From: Myxococcota bacterium
GTDB lineage: Bacteria; Myxococcota_A; UBA9160; JAFDDA01
Length of the DNA stretch: 64,000 bases
Direction: 5' to 3'
NCBI GenBank assembly: GCA_965228475.1
Contig: OZ245817.1
Location: 4,398,264-4,462,263, forward strand
This document shows, piece by piece, positions 1 through 9,300 of this stretch. A model generated the notes under the pieces. That model made no database searches and was not told where the DNA came from. It saw only the letters and a program-made list of their open reading frames with translations. Made by a program: the position numbers and the translations under genes. Position 1 is the first letter of the stretch; the number at the start of each line of letters is the position of its first letter.

Positions 1-1055
1 GTCATGCCGACCAGGCCGACGAGGAAGATCGCGGAGGCCTTGAGCAGCGTGTCCCCGGAGAAGGGTGCGCCCGAGAGGGCGGCCTGCGGATTCCACATCT
101 CCAGGTGGCGGCCTTCGGCGCGGCGGAGCGCGGCGCAGAACGCGGCCAGGGCCTTGTCCTGGAGATCCTGGGGAAGGGAGACCGTGGTATCGACGAGATT
201 CGCCAGGTCGATCTGCGCGACCGAAACCTGGGTGTTGTCCTGCAGGTGGGCGACGAAGGGGCCGAGCTCGAAGGGAGACGGCAGGACCCAGAGCGCCTGC
301 GCCGGCACGCGGCCGAAGTTGCTCTCGAAGTAGTCGAGGGAGCGCTGCACCTCGAGCAGCACGTTCTCGAGGTCCGGGCCGATCTCCTCGGAAGCCGACT
401 CGAGGCCCGAGAACGTCTCGAGCACCGAGAGGTCGGTCACGAGGTCGCGCGCCATGCAGAGGTCGCCGCCGCGCGTGACGCCGAAGCGGCTCCGCTTGGG
501 CGAGAGGCGGAGGAAGGCCTGGCCTTCGCTGGCGTCGCCGACCACGGGCGAGAGGTTCAGGAGGGCCGTCTCCCGGATCTCGACGGCGGCGGGCTCGAGG
601 CCGCTTTCGCGCAGCGTCTCGACCACCTGGTCGATGAGCTCCGCGCGGGCCGCCACGGCGAACATGCTTCGGCTCGCGTCCGGCCCTTCCACCGGGAGCG
701 GCAGGCAATCCACGACCGCGTGCACGGGGTCGAAGTCGAGCTCGTCGCGAAGCGCCCAGCGCGTGGCTTCGCGCAGCTCGTCGTCGGGAACGTCGGGCGC
801 ATCGATGGGCCGGACCACGTAGGCATCGGAAGGCAGCACGGCGGTCGCGGGAACTCCGGCGAGCCCGTGCTCGCGAACCGCACCGGAGAGTGCGAGCGCG
901 AACTCGTCGGGCCCGTCGAACTTCACGTACTCGCACACTTCGAGCGCAGGACGATCGTCCCCGTCCATCAGGTGCACGAGTGCGAAGCCATCTGTATCGA
1001 TCGCGACGCCGACACGGCCTCGCGCCGCGCCGCTCGCCTTCCAGCCTAGAACCAT
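1..1055 (-). CDS. PilM/MshI-like type IV pilus (MSHA-type) assembly protein; 3' end lies beyond the window start
   Basis: Not in the ORF track because no stop falls in the window. My translation of the minus strand from ATG 1055 gives MVLGWKASGAARGRVGVAIDTDGFALVHL...VLPSDAYVVRPIDAPDVPDDELREATRWALRDELDF...LLEVQRSLDYFES..., then a hydrophobic helix (LLKASAIFLVGLVGM) as in PilM-PilN type fusions. The + strand ORF 105..1049 is its antisense shadow. Confidence 0.55.
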   Translation of the reverse strand, partial: MVLGWKASGAARGRVGVAIDTDGFALVHLMDGDDRPALEVCEYVKFDGPDEFALALSGAVREHGLAGVPATAVLPSDAYVVRPIDAPDVPDDELREATRWALRDELDFDPVHAVVDCLPLPVEGPDASRSMFAVAARAELIDQVVETLRESGLEPAAVEIRETALLNLSPVVGDASEGQAFLRLSPKRSRFGVTRGGDLCMARDLVTDLSVLETFSGLESASEEIGPDLENVLLEVQRSLDYFESNFGRVPAQALWVLPSPFELGPFVAHLQDNTQVSVAQIDLANLVDTTVSLPQDLQDKALAAFCAALRRAEGRHLEMWNPQAALSGAPFSGDTLLKASAIFLVGLVGM

Positions 1056-1213
1056 GGGTCACCCCAGCCCGGACCCCTCCAAGGGCCCTCAGGCGTTTCC
1101 CATCGCCTTCTAGAACGGCAAAACGACAGAGAACCTGAAACGAGTCAGGCCCGTTTTCGGTTCCACCGGGGAAAGCCCGAGGGCCGAACCCCTCGCGATG
1201 CTAACGTCGCTCG

Positions 1214-1975
1214 ATGCTTCGCCGGATCTACTCGTCGCTGTACTGGGGCTTCGTGACCGCGAGCTCGATCGCGCTGTTCCCGGTGGCCTTACTAGTATGG
1301 GCGGTGACGGCGCCCTTCGATCGGCGCAAGGTGGTGCTCCACCGCTTCACCTGTTTCTGGGCGTCGCTCTACACCTGGTTCAACCCGGCCTGGCCGGTCA
1401 CGGTGACGGGCCGGGAACACATCCAGCCCGGCGAGACCTATGTGATGGTCGCCAACCACCTCTCGGTGATCGACATCTTCGTGCTCTTCCGGCTCTGGCG
1501 GCACTTCAAGTGGGTGTCCAAGGTCGAGAATTTCCGCATTCCGTGCATCGGCTGGAACATGCACCTGAACGGCTACGTCCCGCTCCGCCGAGGCGACCGC
1601 GCGAGCGTGATCGAGATGATGCGGGCCTGCGAACGGGAGCTCGCCGCGGGCAGCTCGATCATGATGTTCCCCGAGGGCACGCGCTCGATGACGGGACAGC
1701 TCCGCCCCTTCAAGACCGGCGCCTTCGAGCTGGCGCTGAAGGCCCGCAAGCCCATCCTGCCGATCGCGCTCTCGGGCACCCTCGAAGCGCTGCCCGACCG
1801 CGGCGTCCTCCTCCAGGGCTACCACCCGATCGAGCTCAAGGTGCTCGAGCCGATTCCCTACGAGAGCTTCGCGGGCGCCTCGGCCGAGGACACGGCGCTG
1901 CGCGTGCGCGAGATCCTTGCCGCCGAGCTCGCCGACAAGAACCTGACGCCCTCGGACGCCACGCCAGAGGGCTAG
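1214..1975 (+). CDS. 1-acyl-sn-glycerol-3-phosphate acyltransferase family protein (PlsC-like)
   Basis: N-terminal TM helix. Acyltransferase boxes NHxxxxD (VANHLSVIDIF) and FPEGTRS are present. Confidence 0.85.
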   Translation: MLRRIYSSLYWGFVTASSIALFPVALLVWAVTAPFDRRKVVLHRFTCFWASLYTWFNPAWPVTVTGREHIQPGETYVMVANHLSVIDIFVLFRLWRHFKWVSKVENFRIPCIGWNMHLNGYVPLRRGDRASVIEMMRACERELAAGSSIMMFPEGTRSMTGQLRPFKTGAFELALKARKPILPIALSGTLEALPDRGVLLQGYHPIELKVLEPIPYESFAGASAEDTALRVREILAAELADKNLTPSDATPEG

Positions 1976-1981
1976 GGAGCG

Positions 1982-3532
1982 CTAGGCCGGGAGCGGGATG
2001 CGGATGCGGAACTCCGTCCCGCCGCCCTCGCGCTCTTCCGCCACGACGTCACCGCCAACGTTCTCCACCTGCGCTCGCACGATCGCGAGCCCGAGGCCCG
2101 TGTGGCGGTCGCGCGGGGCCGAGCCGGGCCGGTAGCTGAAGAAGCGGTCGAAGATGCGCTCGCGGTGTTCGCGCGGGATCCCGGGGCCGCGGTCGAGGAC
2201 GCGCACGACGGCGAAGTCCTCTTCGCGCGAGAGCTCGACCCGGATCCCGGCGTCGGGCGGCGAGAACCCGGCGGCGTTGTCGATGACGTTCTCGATGGCG
2301 CGCGCGATTCCGTCCGCCGGCACCGAGACCTCGACGGGCTCCTCGGGATGGACGACCTCGATGCGCCGCTCGCCGCGCGTCCGGAAGGACTCCGCCAGCC
2401 CGTCGAGGAGCGCGGCGAGATCCACGGCTTCGGGCGCTTCGGGCCAGGCGCCCGCGTCGAGACGGGAGACCTCCTGCACGCCGGCCAGCAGGAGCTCCAT
2501 GCGTGCGATCTCGCGCTGGATCATCTCGAGGAAGCGCTTGCGCTCCCCGGCGTCGTCGACCTCGGCGAGCATCTCGCTCGCGGCGCGGATGGAACCGAGC
2601 GGGTTGCGCAGCTCGTGGGAGACGTCCGAGGCGAAGGATTCGACCCAGCCGATGTGGGCGTCGAGCCTTCGCGTGAGTGCTTCGAGCGCGCGGCCGAGGT
2701 CGCCGATCTCGTCGCGCCGGTTCGAGGCGTGGAGCGGCCCGCGCAGGCGGCCGCGCGCATCGAGCAGCGAGTCGGCCTGGTTGCGCAACCGGACGAGCGG
2801 GCGCGCGATGGTCGTCGAGACGACGAGCGAGAGCACGACCGCGGCGACCAGAGAGGCGAGGAACACGCGCAGCACGTCCATGCGGAGCTGATAGAGCTTC
2901 TGGAGGATCCGGTAGGTCGATTGCGAAACCAGCACGACGCCGGTCACGTCGTCGCCGCGGCGGATCGGCAGCGCGCTGTAGAGCGTGACCGAGCGCTGGC
3001 CGCCCGAGGAGATGCGCGTCGCGGCGCCGTAGTTCCCGTTCAGGGCCGCGCGGATCTCGCGGCCCTCGAGCGGGCCGCCGCCGGTGTAGGCGTCGGCGCT
3101 CGCGTGGGGCGCTTCCGGGGGCAACAGGTACTCGCGCCACAGGCGGAACGGCAGGGCCCCCAGGCGATAGAGCAGCCCGTCCCGCGGCCCGGGAGGCCGG
3201 TTCAGGATCGGGTCGTCCGGGCGCAGCGCGCCGAGCTGGCTCGAGTCCACGAGCAGCCGCCCGGCGGCGTCGAGCACGCGCAGGCGCGCTTCAGATTCCT
3301 GGTCGAGGGCGACGAGCGTCCGACGCGCGTCCTGCTCCCCGAGCGGCGAACGGCCGGAGAGCGCTGCGGCGAGCAGACGGCCCTGGTGCACCATCGCCCG
3401 CTCCTGATCGCGCAGGAGCTGCTGCTCGTAGGTATCGAGGAAGAGGACGCCGGCCGCGGGCAGGAACACGAGCAGGACGTTGAAGGCGAGCAGGCGCACC
3501 TGGATGCGCGCCAGGGCCTTGCGCAGCCTCAC
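1982..3532 (-). CDS. Sensor histidine kinase (dedicated-sortase-system type)
   Basis: TM / periplasmic domain / TM / HAMP layout. H-box SHELRNPLGSI and ATPase boxes (IDNAAGF, GLGLAIV). Start overlaps the RR stop by 4 nt. Confidence 0.85.
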   Translation of the reverse strand: MRLRKALARIQVRLLAFNVLLVFLPAAGVLFLDTYEQQLLRDQERAMVHQGRLLAAALSGRSPLGEQDARRTLVALDQESEARLRVLDAAGRLLVDSSQLGALRPDDPILNRPPGPRDGLLYRLGALPFRLWREYLLPPEAPHASADAYTGGGPLEGREIRAALNGNYGAATRISSGGQRSVTLYSALPIRRGDDVTGVVLVSQSTYRILQKLYQLRMDVLRVFLASLVAAVVLSLVVSTTIARPLVRLRNQADSLLDARGRLRGPLHASNRRDEIGDLGRALEALTRRLDAHIGWVESFASDVSHELRNPLGSIRAASEMLAEVDDAGERKRFLEMIQREIARMELLLAGVQEVSRLDAGAWPEAPEAVDLAALLDGLAESFRTRGERRIEVVHPEEPVEVSVPADGIARAIENVIDNAAGFSPPDAGIRVELSREEDFAVVRVLDRGPGIPREHRERIFDRFFSYRPGSAPRDRHTGLGLAIVRAQVENVGGDVVAEEREGGGTEFRIRIPLPA

Positions 3533-4269
3533 GAAGCCGGGGCCTCCCGGCCCGCTCGACGGTAGCGGTAGCCGAGCCCGTGGACGGTCTCGACGCAGGC
3601 GAAGCCCTCGGTCACGGTCTCGAACTTCCGCCGGATGCGCTTGATGTGGCTATCGATGGTGCGCTCGCTCACGAAGGCGTCGTGCGGGTAGCCCTCTTCC
3701 ATGAGCTGGCGGCGCGTCTTCACCTGGCCGGGGCGCCGCGCCAGCGCCGCGAGGATCAGGAACTCGGTGACGGTGAGGGCGACCTCCTGGCCGTCCCAGC
3801 GGGCGGTGTAGCCGTCGAGGTCGAGCACCAGTTCGTCCACTTCGACGGCGGTGCCGTCGGCGGCGGGCTCGGCGCCACGCAGCAGCGCGAGGCGGCGGAA
3901 GAGCACCTTCACGCGCGCCGTGAGCTCGCGCATCGAGAACGGCTTGCACAGGTAGTCGTCGGCCCCGAGTTCGAGGCCGAGGATGCGGTCGAGCTCCTCG
4001 TCCTTCGAGGTCAGGAAGATGATGGGCATCGTCTCCGAGAGCGTGCGGAGCTTGCGGCAGAGTTCGAGGCCGTCCATGCGGGGCATCAGGATGTCGAGCA
4101 CGGCCACGTCCGGGAGGGCGCCGTTCGAGAAGCTCTCCCACGCGGCGGCGCCGTCCGCATGGCTCTCCACGACGTAGCCTTCGCGATCGAGGGCGAAGCC
4201 CACGCTCTCGCGAATGCTCTGCTCGTCGTCGACCACCGCGACGCGTCCGAGGGCGGGTTCCTTGGCCAT
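3529..4269 (-). CDS. OmpR-family response regulator
   Basis: Receiver domain (VAVVDDEQSI...VLDILMPRMDG...LTSK) plus a winged-helix output domain (...TVHGLGYRY). Confidence 0.9.
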   Translation of the reverse strand: MAKEPALGRVAVVDDEQSIRESVGFALDREGYVVESHADGAAAWESFSNGALPDVAVLDILMPRMDGLELCRKLRTLSETMPIIFLTSKDEELDRILGLELGADDYLCKPFSMRELTARVKVLFRRLALLRGAEPAADGTAVEVDELVLDLDGYTARWDGQEVALTVTEFLILAALARRPGQVKTRRQLMEEGYPHDAFVSERTIDSHIKRIRRKFETVTEGFACVETVHGLGYRYRRAGREAPAS

Positions 4270-4473
4270 GCCGCGAGGCTACCGCCTCCCCGTCCGTGCG
4301 GGAAGCGGGCCGCCGGCGCGTGCGGTGGATTGCCCCAGACTCGCCACATCTTTCCCCGTCATCGCCCCGGGAGGCGGCCGCCCCTGCCCTCTCCTGCTGC
4401 TTTCCTGCAGCCGTGCCGCGCTCGGTCGCCGACCACGGAGCCGCGGATGAGAGGCAACAGGGAAGGAGCGGGC

Positions 4474-6570
4474 ATGACGTCGTGGCGGGAGAAGGCCGGG
4501 GGATGCGGGGGTCGCGGGTGTTCGGGGTGCGGGGGCCCCCGGCGCTGGCGGCGGACCGTCGAGGCCTTCCTGCTCGTGGCGATGGCATCGCTCGCTCCTT
4601 CCCGAACGCTCCTGGCCCAGACGGTGCCGGACGCCACCTCCGCCGAAACGCCGCCGGGAGGTCACCTGCTGCTGCGCGCGGCGGATGGCAGCGAGAGCGT
4701 CGCGCCGGTGCTCGAGGTCGACGTCGTCCTGCGCGTCGCGGGCATGGTGGCCCGGGGGAGCGTTTCGCAACGCTTCGCGAACCCGAGCGATCGCTGGCTC
4801 GAGGCGCTCTACGTCTTCCCGCTCCCCGAGCATGCGGCGGTCGACGGCCTGCGCATGCAGATCGGCGAGCGGCGCATCGAAGGGGAGATCCGCGAGCGCG
4901 AACAGGCGCGGCGCGTCTACGAGGCGGCGCGGGCGAACGGGCAGCGCGCTTCGCTGCTCGAGCAGCACCGGCCGAACGCCTTCACCTCGCGGGTGGCGAA
5001 CATCCCGCCCCGCTCCGAGATCCGCGTCGAGATCGATTTCCAGCAGTCCGTCGCGTACCGCGACGGGGAGTTCGACCTGCGGCTCCCCTGGATCGTGGCC
5101 CCTCGCTACTTCCCGCCGGGAGCGACGAGCGGCGAAGCGGTTGCGGACGACGCGGCGATGCTCTCCCGTGAGGCCGCGGCGGCGGCGGCGGCGGAGGGCG
5201 TGGCGCCCGACGTCGCGCTCGCGATCGATCTCGACCCCGGCGTCGCCCTCGACGCGATCGAGAGCCCGACCCACGCGCTGCGCTTCGAACACCTCGATGC
5301 CAACCGCCTGCTCGTCACCCTCGAGGACGACACCGTACCCGCGGACCGCGACTTCGTGCTCCGCTGGCGCCCGACGCCGGGCCGCCAGCCGATGGCGAGC
5401 CTCTTTCGCGAGGAGCGCGACGGGGAGCACTACCTGCTGCTCATGCTACTCCCCCCGGCCGCGTCTGAAGCGGAGGGCCCACCCGCGCGTGCGCCGGAAG
5501 CGCGGGAGATCGTCTTCGTGATCGACACCTCGGGCTCCATGGGCGGCGCCTCGATCGTGCAGGCGCGCGCGGCGCTCCGCCTCGCGATCGAACGCCTCGA
5601 ACCCCGCGACCGCTTCAACCTCATCGCGTTCGCTTCCGAAACCCGAACGCTCTTCCCGAAGTCGACCCACGCCGACCCGGGCGCCGTCGAGAGGGCTCTC
5701 GACTTCGTCGACGGCCTCGAAGCGGGCGGGGGAACCGACATGCTCCCGGCCCTGCTTGCCGCCCTGCGCGACGAACGCGGCGGGGACGGCCTGCGCCAGA
5801 TCGTCTTCGTGACCGACGGCTGCGTCGGCAACGAGGCGCAGCTCTTCTCGGCGGTCCGCGCGGGGCTCGGACGCTCGCGCCTGTTCACCGTCGGCATCGG
5901 GAGCGCACCGAACGGACACTTCATGGACGGGGCGGCGCGCTTCGGGCGCGGCGCACGGGTCTCGATCGCTTCTCCGGAGGAGGTCGGAACGAGGATGGAA
6001 GCGCTCTTCGCGAAGCTCGAGCGGCCGGCGCTGACGGAGCTCGAGATCGCGTGGCCGGACCGCACCGAGAGCTGGCCCGCGCGGCTGCCCGACCTCTACT
6101 TCGGCGAGCCGCTCGTCGTCACCGCACGCGTCTCGCGTTTCCTCGGCGACGTCCGGGTCTCCGGGATTCTCGGCGGCCGGCCGTGGGAAGCGGCGCTCCC
6201 CTTCACCCCGGGCCGCAGCGAACTCGGCATCGAGAAGCTCTTCGGGCGGCGCAAGATCGCAGCCCGCATGGATGGGCTCATCACCGGCGATTCGGAGGAA
6301 CACGTGAAGCGTGACGTCCTGGAAACCGCCCTCGAACACGGCCTCGTCTCCCGGTACACGAGCCTCGTGGCGGTCGAGCGAACGCCCGCGAGGCCGCTCG
6401 GCGAAGGGCTCGCCGAGGGCCGGGTCGCACCGGGGACGCCGGCCGGCTTCGTACTTCCCCAGGGCGCGACGCCCGCACCGCTCTGGCTCGCCTGGGCGCT
6501 GACCTCTGGCCTCGCCGGAGTCGGCTTCGCCCTGCGAGCGCGCTGGACGGCGCAACGAGAACGGCCGTGA
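4474..6570 (+). CDS. Sortase target protein with VIT and von Willebrand A domains and a C-terminal LPQGA-TM-basic sorting signal
   Basis: Start chosen at the ATG behind GGAAGGAG; the track ORF 3580..6570 has a spurious N-terminal extension across the RR gene. VIT-like N-terminus (LEALYVFPLPEHAAVDGLRMQIGERRIEGEIRERE). vWA MIDAS motif (VFVIDTSGSMGG). C-terminus reads FVLPQGATPAPLWLAWALTSGLAGVGFALRARWTAQRERP. Confidence 0.8.
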   Translation: MTSWREKAGGCGGRGCSGCGGPRRWRRTVEAFLLVAMASLAPSRTLLAQTVPDATSAETPPGGHLLLRAADGSESVAPVLEVDVVLRVAGMVARGSVSQRFANPSDRWLEALYVFPLPEHAAVDGLRMQIGERRIEGEIREREQARRVYEAARANGQRASLLEQHRPNAFTSRVANIPPRSEIRVEIDFQQSVAYRDGEFDLRLPWIVAPRYFPPGATSGEAVADDAAMLSREAAAAAAAEGVAPDVALAIDLDPGVALDAIESPTHALRFEHLDANRLLVTLEDDTVPADRDFVLRWRPTPGRQPMASLFREERDGEHYLLLMLLPPAASEAEGPPARAPEAREIVFVIDTSGSMGGASIVQARAALRLAIERLEPRDRFNLIAFASETRTLFPKSTHADPGAVERALDFVDGLEAGGGTDMLPALLAALRDERGGDGLRQIVFVTDGCVGNEAQLFSAVRAGLGRSRLFTVGIGSAPNGHFMDGAARFGRGARVSIASPEEVGTRMEALFAKLERPALTELEIAWPDRTESWPARLPDLYFGEPLVVTARVSRFLGDVRVSGILGGRPWEAALPFTPGRSELGIEKLFGRRKIAARMDGLITGDSEEHVKRDVLETALEHGLVSRYTSLVAVERTPARPLGEGLAEGRVAPGTPAGFVLPQGATPAPLWLAWALTSGLAGVGFALRARWTAQRERP

Positions 6571-7160
6571 CGGCGCGTGCCGCGGCGGCAGCGTGCGGAC
6601 TGTTCGCGGCGGTCTGCGCAGCGAACGCGCTGTGGCTTCCGGCGAAAGCCGCGCTCGCCCAGGTGCTCCTCGACGCGGCGTACCAGCGGACCCTCCTCGC
6701 CGGGAACGCCGCGCGCCCGTGGCCGTGGTCCGATGCCTGGCCGGTCGCGCGCATCGAAGCGCCGGAGCGTGGGCAGCGCTTCGTCGTCCTCTCCGATGCC
6801 TCGGGGCGCTCGCTCGCCTTTGCGCCCGGCCACCTTTCGGGAACGGCCCTTCCGGGAGGTGCCGGCACGAGCATCGTCGCCGGGCACCGCGACACGCACT
6901 TCGCGTTCCTGCGCGAGCTCGTCGCGGGGGATCTGGTGACGGTCGAAGACGCACGCGGCGGGCACCATCGCTTCCGGGTGCGGGAGACCGCCGTGGTGCA
7001 CGAACGCGACGCGCGCGTCGCGGGCGTGGGCGTCGCGGACCGGCTCGTGCTCGTGACCTGCTGGCCCTTCGACGCCGTGCGCCCCGGAACGAAGTGGCGC
7101 TACGTCGTGATCGCCGAGCGGGAGGACGCCGCGCCCGCGATCCCCTCGCGGCGCGTCTAG
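6567..7160 (+). CDS. Sortase (proteobacterial / class GN type)
   Basis: GTGA overlap with the target gene. Catalytic His context IVAGHRDTHFAFL, Cys context LVLVTCWPF, and a conserved Arg further on (TKWRYVV). Confidence 0.8.
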   Translation: MTARAAAAACGLFAAVCAANALWLPAKAALAQVLLDAAYQRTLLAGNAARPWPWSDAWPVARIEAPERGQRFVVLSDASGRSLAFAPGHLSGTALPGGAGTSIVAGHRDTHFAFLRELVAGDLVTVEDARGGHHRFRVRETAVVHERDARVAGVGVADRLVLVTCWPFDAVRPGTKWRYVVIAEREDAAPAIPSRRV

Positions 7161-7175
7161 CTGCAGCCCTCCCGG

Positions 7176-7955
7176 CTACTCGCGCGTCATGCGGGCCAGC
7201 AGTTCGCCGAGCCGGCGCGGCACTTCGTTCAGCATCCCGAGGGAAGCGGTCGCGCGCGGCAGGCGGACGTGGCGCCGGTCGTTCTTCACGGCATCGATGA
7301 TCGCGTCCACGACCTGCGACACCGGCATCTGGACCTCCTTCGCGCCCTTGCCGCCGCGGAGCTTCGCGTAGGGGCCGTAAGCCTGGGTGGCGTCGTCCAT
7401 CTCCGTTGCCGCGCTCCCGATCTCGACCAGCGTCGTGCCGATGCCGCGCCCCGAGAGGTCGACACGCAGCCCGGCCGTGTAGTGGGACAGGCCGGCCTTG
7501 CTCGCGCCGTAGTAGACGAGCCCGGGGGGCGCTAGGATCGCCGCGATCGAGGACATGTTCACCACGTGGCCGCCGCCCCGCTCGAGCCAGCGCGGAATGA
7601 GCTTCGCCGTGATCTGCATCGGCGCGAGCAGGTTCGTCTGGACGATCTGCTCGATCTCTTCGGGCGAGTTGTCGAGCATGTGCTTCACGTGGGAGACGCC
7701 GGCGTTGTTCACGAGCACGTCGATCGGCCCGGCCTCGCTCTCGACGCGATCGACGAGGCCGAGCACCTGCTCGCGGTCCATCAGATCGCAGACGTGCGCG
7801 GTGCCCCCGTGCTGGCCGACGAGCTCCTCGAGCGGTTCGGCTTTCCGCGCGGAGAGCGCGAGGACGCACCCCTCGCGTGCGAAGGCCTCGACCATCCCGC
7901 GCCCGAGCCCGCGCGAGGCCCCGGTGATGAGTACGCGCTTGCCTCGAAGATCCAC
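7176..7955 (-). CDS. Short-chain dehydrogenase/reductase (SDR)
   Basis: GTG start 7 nt after GAGGAG. Rossmann motif ITGASRGLG, plus NNAG and YGASK catalytic motifs. The track ORF start at 8063 would overlap the upstream gene. Confidence 0.8.
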   Translation of the reverse strand: MDLRGKRVLITGASRGLGRGMVEAFAREGCVLALSARKAEPLEELVGQHGGTAHVCDLMDREQVLGLVDRVESEAGPIDVLVNNAGVSHVKHMLDNSPEEIEQIVQTNLLAPMQITAKLIPRWLERGGGHVVNMSSIAAILAPPGLVYYGASKAGLSHYTAGLRVDLSGRGIGTTLVEIGSAATEMDDATQAYGPYAKLRGGKGAKEVQMPVSQVVDAIIDAVKNDRRHVRLPRATASLGMLNEVPRRLGELLARMTRE

Positions 7956-7969
7956 CTTTCGCTCCTCGC

Positions 7970-8557
7970 TCAGGGAACCGCGAAGCCGCGCGCATCCTCG
8001 CTCCACGCGGGAGCGTTGCGCACGGCCTCGAGAACCTCGTCCGAAGTTTCGACGACGGACCACATCTCACGGTGCCGCTCGTCCATGAACCGTTCCTCGA
8101 CCGCGGATTCGAGCAGGCGGATCGCCGGGTCGTAGAAGCCGCGCACGTTCACCAGCACGATCGGGTTCGCATAGAGCCCGAGCCGCTTCCAGGTGATCGC
8201 CTCGAAGAGCTCCTCGAAGGTTCCGCAGCCCCCGGGCAGGGCGACGATCGCGTCGGCCCGGTCGATCATCAGCCGCTTGCGTTCGTGGAGATCCGCCACG
8301 ACGTGCAGGTCCGTCAGGCGGGGGTGGCCCCACTCGAGGTCGTGCATGAAGCGGGGTAGGACGCCTTCGACCCGGCCGCCGCGCGCCAGGGCGCCGTCCG
8401 CGAGCGCGCCCATCGAGCCGACCGCGCCGCCGCCGTAGACGACGGTCGCACCGGCTTCCGCCAGAAGTTCGCCCAGGCGGCCCGCCGACTCCCGGAACGC
8501 CGGGTCGGCCTGCCGGCTCGACGCGCAGTAGACGGTGACGGTGGAAGGCGTCGACAT
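7970..8557 (-). CDS. LOG-family (TIGR00730-type) nucleotide 5'-monophosphate nucleosidase
   Basis: Motifs VVYGGGAVGSMG and PGGCGTFEELFE. Confidence 0.85.
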   Translation of the reverse strand: MSTPSTVTVYCASSRQADPAFRESAGRLGELLAEAGATVVYGGGAVGSMGALADGALARGGRVEGVLPRFMHDLEWGHPRLTDLHVVADLHERKRLMIDRADAIVALPGGCGTFEELFEAITWKRLGLYANPIVLVNVRGFYDPAIRLLESAVEERFMDERHREMWSVVETSDEVLEAVRNAPAWSEDARGFAVP

Positions 8558-8799
8558 CGCTCGGGTTCCCTGGGCTCGGGGCCTGAAAGACCCCGGGTTC
8601 GGGGCTAGAAAGAAGATGGGCCGAGCTTAGCCCGCCCCGCTGCAGGTGGCGTGCTGCATCGGCGGGTTCGTGGCGGCGAAGTGCGGCGGGCGGTGAATCA
8701 AACCGGAACCGGTTGCGTCCGTTCGGGTTGAACGGGAGTCGACGAAGTGGCCCCGGGACGTCCCGGCCACCCCGCTCCCGCCTTCCGGAAGGAGGATCC

Positions 8800-9300
8800 A
8801 TGGTCCCCGCTTCGACCCGCCCCTTCGGGCCCGCCGCCCGCTGGCCTTCGGCGCTGACGGCCCTCGCGCTGGCCCTCGGTCTCACGGCGTGTGTGGCCTC
8901 GGCGCCGCGAAACGTTTCAACCGCCTCGGGGCTCGCCGAGGAATCGCGCGCCGCGATCGAAGACGGCGTCCGCCTCTACGAGGCGGGCGAGTACGCCATG
9001 GCAGCGCGACGCTTCGGCGACGGCGCGAGCATGGCCGACCGCATGGGCGACGATGCCCTCGCCTGGCGCTCCGTCGCCGCCGAGTGCACGAGCTGGCTGC
9101 TCGCGCGGCTCCTGCGCGAGTTCGACGCCTGCAGCGGCCGGCTCGAGACCGCCCAGCGCCGCGCCCACGAAACGAGCGGCGGCACGAACGCCCTGATCTC
9201 CCTCGGCGCCGTCGCCGGGGGCCGCGGACAGCCCGCCGTGAACGTCCCCCGGGCCGTGCGCAGCGTCGTGCGCCACCGCCCGCAGCCGGAGGACTTCTGA
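8800..9300 (+). CDS. Lipoprotein of unknown function (TPR-like helix pair)
   Basis: ATG behind GGAAGGAGGA. Lipobox LALGLTAC. High GC3. First gene of a coupled operon. Confidence 0.6.
   Translation: MVPASTRPFGPAARWPSALTALALALGLTACVASAPRNVSTASGLAEESRAAIEDGVRLYEAGEYAMAARRFGDGASMADRMGDDALAWRSVAAECTSWLLARLLREFDACSGRLETAQRRAHETSGGTNALISLGAVAGGRGQPAVNVPRAVRSVVRHRPQPEDF

Noticed and set aside
3580-4473. N-terminal extension of the sortase-target ORF (track start 3580)
   Set aside because: It lies antisense to the response-regulator gene. A good SD (GGAAGGAG) precedes ATG 4474, and the signal-peptide-like segment follows that start.
5446-8070. 874-aa minus-strand ORF spanning the sortase target, sortase and SDR genes
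   Set aside because: The translation is an Arg/Pro/Ala/Gly-rich shadow with no motifs. It overlaps three genes that have clear domain signatures on their own frames. This is a typical high-GC antisense or off-frame artefact.
8558-8799. 242-nt intergenic region with small palindromes (AACCGG-AA-CCGGTT, CCGGGAC-GTCCCGG), examined for a riboswitch or ncRNA
   Set aside because: I recognise no known riboswitch core or extended conserved structure. It is probably ordinary promoter and operator DNA for the ExbBD-type operon.
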